Assembly: GCA_965242725.1 (NCBI GenBank)
Contig: CBDESZ010000005.1
Span: 32,001 to 96,000, forward strand
Source: Alkalispirochaeta sp.
Lineage (GTDB): Bacteria > Spirochaetota > Spirochaetia > DSM-27196 > Alkalispirochaetaceae
Direction: 5' to 3'
DNA: 64,000 nt
A model generated the notes under the pieces. That model saw only the letters and a list, made by a program, of their open reading frames with translations. It searched no databases and was not told the DNA's origin. The position numbers were made by a program, and so were the translations under genes. Below, one piece after another: positions 1 to 8,004 of the stretch; positions within the stretch are counted from its first letter, which is position 1; each line of letters opens with the position of its first letter.

Positions 1-303
1 GCCTTCTGGCGGGAGTCGATCGCCATCGACACCGACTTCGATCCAACGGCGGATCCCGTCCCCTATCCACGGGAGCCGATACCCACGATACCTGCCGACC
101 GGCGACGACACACCTTTGCGGAAGTGGAACAGCCGTGGTGTGAAGCGGTGGCACTGCGACAGGCAAAGCGGTGCCTCCGATGTGACTACGGTCGCCGTAC
201 CGAAGTGAAAGCCGAAGTGAAAGCCGAAGTGAAAACCCGCATGGGAAGAGACGAAAACGATCGGACCGAAATGCGTCGGAAAGAGGAGGAAGTCAATGCC
301 TGA
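1..303 (+). CDS. C-terminal fragment of a GltD-like/NuoF-fused flavo-Fe-S subunit of the hydrogenase operon (partial, begins before the window)
   Basis: Frame 1 is open from base 1 to TGA at 301-303: ...RRHTFAEVEQPWCEAVALRQAKRCLRCDYG...; this 'F.EVE...A.RCLRCD' tail is typical of GltD-like oxidoreductases. Overlaps the hydA start at 296. Confidence 0.7.
   Translation, partial: AFWRESIAIDTDFDPTADPVPYPREPIPTIPADRRRHTFAEVEQPWCEAVALRQAKRCLRCDYGRRTEVKAEVKAEVKTRMGRDENDRTEMRRKEEEVNA
200..234 (+). repeat. 12-bp tandem repeat (CCGAAGTGAAAG x~2.9) encoding EVKA-EVKA-EVKT
   Basis: Read directly: units at 200-211, 212-223 and 224-234. Confidence 0.9.
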
Positions 304-2107
304 GATATACATCAACGGGAAAGCGATGGTTGTCGCCGAAGGCTCAACGATCCTCACCGCCGCCATGGAAGGGGGCATACATATTCCATCCCTCTGCTAC
401 CTCCCGGGACACGAGGCGCTTGGCGCGTGCCGGGTATGCACCGTGGAGGTGGAGGGAGCGCGGAAACTTGTCGCGGCGTGTGCGACGCCGGTTCACGATG
501 GAATGCGCATACGTACAAACAGCCGTCGCGTTCGGGAAGCACGCAAGACGGTGGTGCAGCTCCTGCTGAGCGAACATGACGGCAATTGTACGCAATGCGA
601 TCGCGGCGAAGACTGTGAGCTCAAGGAACTGGCGTACCTCACGGGGGTGCGGGAGGTGCTGTACCACGGCGAAAAGCCGCCGGCCCATCCCGATTGGACC
701 ACACCCGCCCTCTCCCGGGACCCGACCAAATGTATAAAATGCCGACGCTGCGTCACCATGTGTAATGAGGTGCAGCACGTGGGCGCGCTCTTTCCCCAGT
801 TCCGGGGATACGCAACGCAGATCGCGCCGGCCTTCGCCCAGGATCTTGCGACGGTCGCCTGCGTCCAGTGCGGTCAGTGTGCCGCCGTATGTCCCACCAG
901 CGCCATTACGGAAGTACACCACACCGACGCGGTTCTTCGCGCCCTTGAAGACCCGGAACGGACGGTCGTCGTCCAGACCGCCCCGGCGATTCGCGCCGCC
1001 CTGGGTGAGGAGTTCGGCTGTCCTCCGGGAACGCTTGTGACCGGGCAAATGGTCACCGCTCTGAGAGAGCTTGGATTCGATTACGTATTCGATACAAATT
1101 TCACCGCGGATCTCACCATTCTGGAAGAGGGAAGTGAGCTGCTGACGCGGCTGAAACGCACCCTTGTGGACGGCGAGGCGGATCTGCTGCCCCAGTTTAC
1201 GAGCTGTTCTCCCGGCTGGATCAAGTTTGCGGAACACTTCTACCCGGAAATTCTTGAAAAAATATCCACATGCAAATCACCGCAGCAGATGTTCGGTGCC
1301 CTGGCAAAGACGTACCTGGCGGAACAACTGGGAGTTCCGGCGCGGAACATCACCGTCGTTTCGGTGATGCCCTGCACGGCCAAGAAGTTTGAGGCACAGC
1401 GCCCGGAAATGGCGCATCAGGGTATTTCCGATGTGGACTACGTCCTCACCACCCGGGAACTTGCACATCTCATCAAGGGCAACGGTATTGACCTCATGGG
1501 ACTCGCCGACGGAACGATGGATGCACCCCTGGGGCTCTCCTCCGGTGCGGCCGACATATTTGCCAATACCGGCGGCGTCATGGAAGCGGCGCTCCGCACG
1601 GTGCACGAGCTCGTTACGGGAAGGCCTCTGCCGGGCGAGAATATGCACGTACGGGAAATTGCCGGTCTCGAGGGCGTCAAGGAAGCGTCGGTGAGAATCA
1701 GCGACGCCGTGGAGGAGTGGTCGTTTCTGGAGGGGGTGGACGTCAGGGTTGCCGTCGCCCACGGTCTGGGAAACGCGGCAAAACTGCTGGATCGCATGAA
1801 GGGTGAAGGAGCGACAAAGGGACCGCAGTACCACTTTGTGGAGGTCATGACGTGTCCCGGCGGATGCATCGGCGGCGGCGGCCAACCGCGGTTTACCGAC
1901 GATTCCGTCCGGAAGGCGCGTATCGCGGCGATCTACCGCGAAGATGAAGGAAAGGAGATCCGCGCGTCTCACCTGAATCCCGCGGTCATGGAGCTCTATG
2001 AAAAGTACCTCGGGACTCCTCTGGGCGAGCGGTCGCATCACCTTCTGCATACCGCCTATACCGCCCGGCCGATGCCGGAAGGAGCGTCGTTACAGCTCCT
2101 CTCCTAG
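296..2107 (+). CDS. hydA: [FeFe]-hydrogenase catalytic subunit, group A (HydA/HndD-like)
   Basis: H-cluster motifs TSCSPGW, MPCTAKKFE and EVMTCPGGCIGGGGQP; N-terminal [2Fe-2S] Cys set, His-ligated HxxxCxxCxxxxxC cluster and two CxxCxxCxxxC [4Fe-4S] motifs. Confidence 0.96.
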   Translation: MPEIYINGKAMVVAEGSTILTAAMEGGIHIPSLCYLPGHEALGACRVCTVEVEGARKLVAACATPVHDGMRIRTNSRRVREARKTVVQLLLSEHDGNCTQCDRGEDCELKELAYLTGVREVLYHGEKPPAHPDWTTPALSRDPTKCIKCRRCVTMCNEVQHVGALFPQFRGYATQIAPAFAQDLATVACVQCGQCAAVCPTSAITEVHHTDAVLRALEDPERTVVVQTAPAIRAALGEEFGCPPGTLVTGQMVTALRELGFDYVFDTNFTADLTILEEGSELLTRLKRTLVDGEADLLPQFTSCSPGWIKFAEHFYPEILEKISTCKSPQQMFGALAKTYLAEQLGVPARNITVVSVMPCTAKKFEAQRPEMAHQGISDVDYVLTTRELAHLIKGNGIDLMGLADGTMDAPLGLSSGAADIFANTGGVMEAALRTVHELVTGRPLPGENMHVREIAGLEGVKEASVRISDAVEEWSFLEGVDVRVAVAHGLGNAAKLLDRMKGEGATKGPQYHFVEVMTCPGGCIGGGGQPRFTDDSVRKARIAAIYREDEGKEIRASHLNPAVMELYEKYLGTPLGERSHHLLHTAYTARPMPEGASLQLLS

Positions 2108-3689
2108 TACGGCCAGGTCACCCGACGGGAGGACGACCAGAGCCCTCCCCGATACATCGGCGATGTGCGACGCCGATATACCCTCAACAAAGGGGGTGAT
2201 TTCGTCACCGGAGAGCACATCCCTGACGACGCGGTCTCCAGTGAGACGGATGGTCCCGTCCGATTCGTCAATGACCGACGACGGAACAATCCCGACCCTC
2301 CCGGCCACCGTTCTGACCCGGACGCCGGTGCTCGTCACGCCCAGGATGCGCAGCGGAGTGCCCCCGGCCAGCTCGTCCTCCAACGGGCGTCTTGGGGTGA
2401 TGTCGGGGTCCGCCTCCGCCTCGGCGCCGACAAAGGTATCCCCGGCGCCCCGGAGAAAGGGGTTGCGGTTTCTCCGCGCCCGGGGAAGCTCGTCCCGTGA
2501 CGGAGCGACGCCGGGATAGGTATCGGTGATCGTCACCGCTCCGTCCGGGGCGGTCCAGGGACCCATTCCCTGTACCGGCGCGCCTGATGAGGTTCCCGCC
2601 GCCGCGAGGAGCGTCTCTGCGTCCATTCCTTCATTGCCGTCAACCTCCGGCGGTCCCACCATGTACGGCCACGGATCGACGGGTCTGCGCCACCCGCCCT
2701 GATAGATACCGATGTGCAAATGGGGCGGCGTGGTGACGGCGTTCCCCGTATTGCCCACCGTGCCGAGGACATCACCTGCGCGGACGGAGACACCGTTTTC
2801 CACCAGATGGCTCTCCAGATGGGCGTAGTACACCTGGAGCCCCCGTATCGTATCCCGCAGGACCACCACATTGCCGCCGCGGTCCCGCCGGCCGACACGG
2901 ACGATCTCACCGTCGCTCACGGCCAGGACCGGCGTGCCCCGGGGGGCGAAGATATCGATTCCGTGGTGAATGCGGGCACCGCCGTCCCGGGGGTCACCAA
3001 AAAAACTCCACACATCGCCGGGCCCCGTATCCTCAACGGGAAAGGCGAGGGGAGCGCTTTCCCTGATGGACACCTCAAACCGGCCTCCCCTGAGCAGTTC
3101 CGGCTGAATCCGCAGGAGATAGAAATTGTTTGCCCGGGACTCAAAGACGACGCGATCATCGCCTTCGGGACGGCTTGCCACGAGTTCATCGGGGCGCCAC
3201 GCGACGAGTCCTCCGTCTTCGGTACGGGACGCGCCCGCCCCGTCAGACGTCTCCTCCCCGTGGGCCGCACCCGGCACATTTGCCACACCCTCTTCCACCT
3301 CTTCAAGGCGGAAGACGTCGGCAAAATAGCGGTCGTGCCCGGCGGAAATCGAAATCTCAATACGCCGTCCCCGGGTGACGGGAAAGCGGTAACCCACCGC
3401 CCCTGGATCGCGAGGGTCAAAAAAGACAATCTCCTCCACCGGCGGTGTTACGGCGACGGCCTCGGCGGTCACCCTCTCGGCGGCGGTGATCCAGCGCGTG
3501 CCCATCTCGGAGTCGGCGATATCAAGGCGTTCCAGGGCGTCACGGTAATCCTCATGGGAGCGGCGCGGAAAAAACGGTTCTTCAACAACCTCCTCGGGGC
3601 GGAGGAAAAAAAAAGAGAACGACGGCGCCTGCTGCGACAACGACGGCCGCCGTTACCACAAGAACGATGTGGGAACGGGGAAGTCTCAT
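2090..3689 (-). CDS. M23-family metallopeptidase with N-terminal membrane anchor; frameshifted at the T9 run (plus-strand A9, 3606-3614)
   Basis: HHGID and HLH Zn motifs lie in ORF 2090-3640. A hydrophobic leader starting at ATG 3689 (MRLPRSHIVLVVTAAVVVAAGAVVLFFF) is in another frame and joins the ORF if one T is removed. Confidence 0.85.
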
Positions 3690-3698
3690 GATTTCAAT

Positions 3699-4613
3699 CT
3701 ACACAATACCAACCAGAAGCGACCACAACGGAAACGAGATGATCGCAAGCAGCGTGGAGACGGCAACGGTGGAAGCGGCGAGGCGGGAGTCGGAGTTGAA
3801 GGCGAGAGCAAAGGTCTGGGCGAGGATCGCCGTCGGTGATGCCGCAAGAATCACGACCACCGCAACCGTCCGGGGCGAAGCGTGAAAGAGCTGCGTCGCC
3901 AGAAGGTAGGCGACGGCAGGCATGAAGACGAGCTTCAGGAACGCCGCGAGGAGGGAGAGGCCGAAACGCTCCCTTATGGTCCCCACCGAAAGCTGTGACC
4001 CGATAACGAGAAGCGCCAGCGGAAGGGCGGCGCGACCGAGAAGGTCCAGCGGCTCCGAGAGGATGTGGGGCAGCTCGAGGTGCACTGCAGCGACGAGAAG
4101 TCCCGCTGAGGCGGCGAGAATGAGGGGGTTGGTAACGATGGAGACGATATTCCCCCTCACATCGAGGTGTGTCCGGCGGGGGTCAAAAATCTGCAGCAGG
4201 GGAATGCTCACGACTATGTGAAGTATCAGCCCGATGGCGAGGATCGCCGCCGCAACGGGAACCGCCTCGGATCCCACGACGGCACTGATAACCGGGAGAC
4301 CCAGATACGCCAGATTACCCCTGAAACTGCTCTGGACAAAAGCGCCCCGGGGACCGCCCTTCAGGGAAAATGACATGAGCAGCGCGATGACAGTGACGAC
4401 GACCAGCGCGCCGGCATAGGTCACGGCGGCGACACCGAGCTCCTCCAGCTGCGTGCGTCGCGTGCTGTTGAACAGCAGCACCGGCAGGAGAACCCGGGTG
4501 AGGACAACGTTCATCCCCGCCACATGCCGGTCCTCGAAAACGCCGTACCGGTGCAGGAGGTGGCCCGCCGTCATTACGACAAACAACGGGACGATAAGTA
4601 AAAATGCATCCAT
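3699..4613 (-). CDS. AEC-family (auxin efflux carrier/malate permease-like) transporter
   Basis: About 10 TM helices; FRGNLAYLGLP, NPLI and KL..MP motifs; likely start is ATG 4613. Confidence 0.9.
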   Translation of the reverse strand: MDAFLLIVPLFVVMTAGHLLHRYGVFEDRHVAGMNVVLTRVLLPVLLFNSTRRTQLEELGVAAVTYAGALVVVTVIALLMSFSLKGGPRGAFVQSSFRGNLAYLGLPVISAVVGSEAVPVAAAILAIGLILHIVVSIPLLQIFDPRRTHLDVRGNIVSIVTNPLILAASAGLLVAAVHLELPHILSEPLDLLGRAALPLALLVIGSQLSVGTIRERFGLSLLAAFLKLVFMPAVAYLLATQLFHASPRTVAVVVILAASPTAILAQTFALAFNSDSRLAASTVAVSTLLAIISFPLWSLLVGIV

Positions 4614-4819
4614 AATTATGAGCGCCCGCCTTGGAGCGGACGCATCAGGGTACACGAAAGGCGCCGCCGACGCAAAGGCGCCTTCACATCATCTTTTTAA
4701 TATAACGAACCTGACGGTTCCGTCCCGTCCCGCCGCACCCCGCAGTCCAAACCGCCTCACGGGGTAGAGGCGCCGTGCGCTGCACGACGCCCGCCGACCC
4801 GGCACGCTGCCGCCGACGC

Positions 4820-5998
4820 CTACCAGACGAGACCGACGTTCACCCCCGCCATCGCGGTGGGACCGTCGTCGTCAAGGTAGTACATCACCGGAACGTCAAG
4901 CTTGATGGGTCCCAGGTTGAGTCCCACACCGGCGGTCAGCCGGGGTCGCACAAACTGGGGCTCACCCTCGGTGACGACACCGAAGTTGGCTGAACCGGTG
5001 GAAATCAGGTCCACATACGGATCGGCTGCGGCATCGGGATCAAATCCGATCACCGACTCCGATCCGAACACCACCTCCGAGCTTCCCATTGTGAAATCGA
5101 CGCCGGCGCCGACGTTGAAGTCAAAAAGGTAGAGAACGCGCAGTCCCGTGGAGACCTCCAGCGGTATGGACCACGACTCGGACTGCACCGAGGCGATAAT
5201 TGAAGGGGCGATTGTGAGATCCCCGACGGGATCAGTATCAGGCCCGGAAGGATTTGAAATACCCAGATCGTTATAGGTGACGGTCTGGCTGAAATCGCTG
5301 TCCTGTACTTCAACGCTCAGCTTTGCCTCGTTGGTCTGGTAATTGACGCCGGTGCCAATGGTGAGTCCCCGCCATTTAAAAATCCCAAGGGCGATGCTCC
5401 TTGAACGAAGGAGCTGGTAATCAACCCCGCCTCCGACGGTCATGGACGAGAAGGAGATGTCCTCAACGATCTCCCCCGCCTCGGCGGAGAAATAGCCGAA
5501 CTTACCGTTGATACGCACCCTGTTGATAAGGGGGCTCAGGTTGATTCCCAGGGAGGCGGTAATCGGCTGTATCGCCGCACCAAAATAGACATCTCCCTCG
5601 TCTTCAAAGGTGGTACCCGCCTCTTCAAGTGACTGGGGGCTCGGTGCCGGCGCGGCAACGGCGAGTCCGCCGCCGAGGACGAGGGCAAAGACGCGGTAAT
5701 CGGAAAACGAGCGCTGCGTCGCCAGATGCGTCGCCGCGGCGCCCGCATTTGCAAAGGCGAGGGCAAGTTGCTGCTGATTCTGAAAGTTCTGTAAATCCGG
5801 ATCGTTTTCAAGGTCGTTCTTGAATGTATTCAGTACGGTCTGCATGTCGTCGGATCCGAACTCCTGGGTTGTACCCATTCCATCATCAAACAGGATCGTC
5901 GGCGCAATGAGGGTCACATCGAGCCCCTCCGCCGCCACGACGCCTCCCACCAGCATTAATGCAATTACGAGCCACCACGTTGATTTTTTAATACCCAT
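4820..5998 (-). CDS. Spirochaetal outer-membrane beta-barrel/surface protein (Lsa36-like)
   Basis: Signal peptide, amphipathic beta strands, C-terminal Trp (..GVNVGLVW); AGGAGG SD upstream. Confidence 0.6.
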   Translation of the reverse strand: MGIKKSTWWLVIALMLVGGVVAAEGLDVTLIAPTILFDDGMGTTQEFGSDDMQTVLNTFKNDLENDPDLQNFQNQQQLALAFANAGAAATHLATQRSFSDYRVFALVLGGGLAVAAPAPSPQSLEEAGTTFEDEGDVYFGAAIQPITASLGINLSPLINRVRINGKFGYFSAEAGEIVEDISFSSMTVGGGVDYQLLRSRSIALGIFKWRGLTIGTGVNYQTNEAKLSVEVQDSDFSQTVTYNDLGISNPSGPDTDPVGDLTIAPSIIASVQSESWSIPLEVSTGLRVLYLFDFNVGAGVDFTMGSSEVVFGSESVIGFDPDAAADPYVDLISTGSANFGVVTEGEPQFVRPRLTAGVGLNLGPIKLDVPVMYYLDDDGPTAMAGVNVGLVW

Positions 5999-6295
5999 CT
6001 CATCCTCCTAAGCGTTGTGGACGGACACTCCCGAAGCCCGTCGCCCTTTGGAAGGTATCACAGAGTTGCCGGGAGCACAAAAATTTCCCTCCTTCGGTGC
6101 GATTTTTTGTGTCGTATCCACAATCGTGTTGCAAAACCGGCCATGATTCCTGTTCCCGAAAGGCGTTTCACGTATTGAGAAGAATGTTGATTCCCTGCGG
6201 TAATTTCCGCCGCCCAAACGAGTTCTGCAGGAAAGGTTCGTCTTTCGGTGCGAAGTTCTTGTCCCGCAGGGACTTGCAACGTGATATCAACAATC

Positions 6296-6312
6296 TTGTG
6301 AATACTTCACAA
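6296..6312. promoter_or_regulatory. Perfect palindrome TTGTGAA-TAC-TTCACAA, probable transcription-factor site
   Basis: 7-bp inverted repeat in the divergent intergenic region; Rex-like half-sites but a 3-nt rather than 4-nt spacer. Confidence 0.5.
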
Positions 6313-6355
6313 TGTGACGAAGTTCAAAATAGAAAATGATTCGTCGGAGGCATCC

Positions 6356-6384
6356 TTGCCGTACAAAACGCAGCGGACTATGCT
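6356..6384 (+). promoter_or_regulatory. Sigma70-type promoter TTGCCG-N17-TATGCT, 6 nt before ATG 6391 (leaderless)
   Basis: Canonical 17-bp spacing; no SD before the ATG. Confidence 0.6.
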
Positions 6385-6390
6385 CTTCCG

Positions 6391-6759
6391 ATGGAAATGA
6401 AATTCGCATGGGTGACAGTGCAGGTGTCGGACATGGAGAGGTCCGTCTCGTTTTACCGGAATCTTCTGGGGTTGGAGGTTGACCGCAGGATGAAACCGGG
6501 ACCGGACATGGAGATCGTCTTCCTCGGCACGGGCGAGACGAAGGTGGAGCTCGTCCGGCGCGCCGACAATGGGGAAATTTCGTTCGGGAACGGAGTTTCG
6601 ATCGGCTTTGTGGTGCCTTCCCTCGAGGAGGCAACGGCCGCCCTTTCAGAGCTCGGTATCGCCGTTTACTCCGGTCCCTTTCAGCCCAATCCCCATATCA
6701 GATTTCTCTACGTTCTGGACCCCGACGGGCTGCGGGTGCAACTGGTAGAGCAGCGATAG
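6391..6759 (+). CDS. VOC-family protein (glyoxalase/lactoylglutathione lyase-like)
   Basis: V.DMERSV.FY..LLG start and DPDG..VQLVE end; 122 aa. Confidence 0.9.
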   Translation: MEMKFAWVTVQVSDMERSVSFYRNLLGLEVDRRMKPGPDMEIVFLGTGETKVELVRRADNGEISFGNGVSIGFVVPSLEEATAALSELGIAVYSGPFQPNPHIRFLYVLDPDGLRVQLVEQR

Positions 6760-6816
6760 GCGAAGCCGTGGCGACAATACCGGGCGGCCCCGCACGATAG
6801 GGTCCCGACGAACCAC

Positions 6817-7998
6817 ATGAGAAATACCGCATCGGCTATGAAAATCGTACGCGCTGTGCTGCCTCTCGGTGTTTTACTGTGCGGCCTTTCAATCGCCGCC
6901 GCGGATATCGGAGCGGAAGAACATTTCATCGAAATCCCGCTCACCTATTTCGGCGAAATCGGGTGTGCCCACTGCGATACCTTCGTGGAGAAGGATCTGC
7001 CCGAACTGACGGCCGACTACGGCGTCACCTTTAAGGTGGAGCTCCGGGATATTCTCACCGCAGAGGGATATGAGGCGTGTCGGGAGCGTCTTGCGGAAAT
7101 GGGCAGGGAGTTTCGCGTCTTTCCGGTCCTCTTTGTGGGGAATAACGCCTATCAGGGAAATTCGGCAATCGAATCGGGGTTGGACGCGGAAATCCGCCAT
7201 GTCCGGGAGACGGGCGAGTTTCGCCCTCAGGTTCCCTCCGGTCTCGACGGTTCCCGGAGTTCCGACCGATTCAGGACACTCCTGAGTGATTCCCTGCCTT
7301 TGATCCCTATCTTTCTCGCCGGCATGGCAGACGGTATCAATCCGTGCGCCTTTACCACGATGCTTTTTCTCATTTCTCTGTTGACGATGTTTGGAAGGGG
7401 GAAGGCGGAGATCCTTTCCATCGGCCTCATATACGCCGCCACCATATTCGCGACCTATTTCACCCTCGGTCTCGGCCTGTTGACGGTACTTCGTAACGCG
7501 ATGGATGTTTCAATCCTCCGCATCGTTCTGCGTATTGCCGTATCGTCGAGCGCGCTTGTCTTTGCCGTCTTCTCTGCCCGGGACGCCGTGCTCATGAAAA
7601 AGGGAAGAAGCGGTGAGGCCGTCCTCCAGTTGGGAGCGCGGACGAAACGGAAAATACACGGTGTCATGAGGTCAGGCGCGGGGCGGGGCGGTATCGTTTT
7701 GGGAACTATGGGCGCCGCGTTTCTTGTTTCCCTCCTGGAACTTGCCTGTACGGGACAATTGTATTTCCCCACCATTGCGTACCTGGTCCAGACCGGCTCT
7801 ACCGAAGGGAAGGAGCTTCTCGCCCTCGGGTTGTACAACGTTGCCTTTATCCTTCCCCTCCTGATGCTGTTTGGGGCGGTCTTCGTCGGCGTCCGATCAC
7901 CCGTCGCCAATCGATGGTTTCGCGAACACGCCGGTGCGGCAAAGATGTTGACGGCGGCGGCGCTGCTGCTTCTTGCAGGCGCCGTGTGGGTCGTATAA
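6817..7998 (+). CDS. Thioredoxin-like domain fused to a CcdA/DsbD-type transmembrane electron-transfer domain
   Basis: Signal peptide, CAHC motif, then membrane Cys motifs DGINPCAF and LELACTGQ. Confidence 0.85.
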   Translation: MRNTASAMKIVRAVLPLGVLLCGLSIAAADIGAEEHFIEIPLTYFGEIGCAHCDTFVEKDLPELTADYGVTFKVELRDILTAEGYEACRERLAEMGREFRVFPVLFVGNNAYQGNSAIESGLDAEIRHVRETGEFRPQVPSGLDGSRSSDRFRTLLSDSLPLIPIFLAGMADGINPCAFTTMLFLISLLTMFGRGKAEILSIGLIYAATIFATYFTLGLGLLTVLRNAMDVSILRIVLRIAVSSSALVFAVFSARDAVLMKKGRSGEAVLQLGARTKRKIHGVMRSGAGRGGIVLGTMGAAFLVSLLELACTGQLYFPTIAYLVQTGSTEGKELLALGLYNVAFILPLLMLFGAVFVGVRSPVANRWFREHAGAAKMLTAAALLLLAGAVWVV

Positions 7999-8004
7999 AT
8001 TCAA

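Noticed and set aside
6060..6260. Glycine or c-di-GMP riboswitch upstream of the OMP gene (two CACCGAA(A/G)G motifs on the minus strand)
   Set aside because: The glycine aptamer's CUCAGG and GGAGA elements and the c-di-GMP-I GCAAA/GACGCAAAG elements are not present in the right arrangement.
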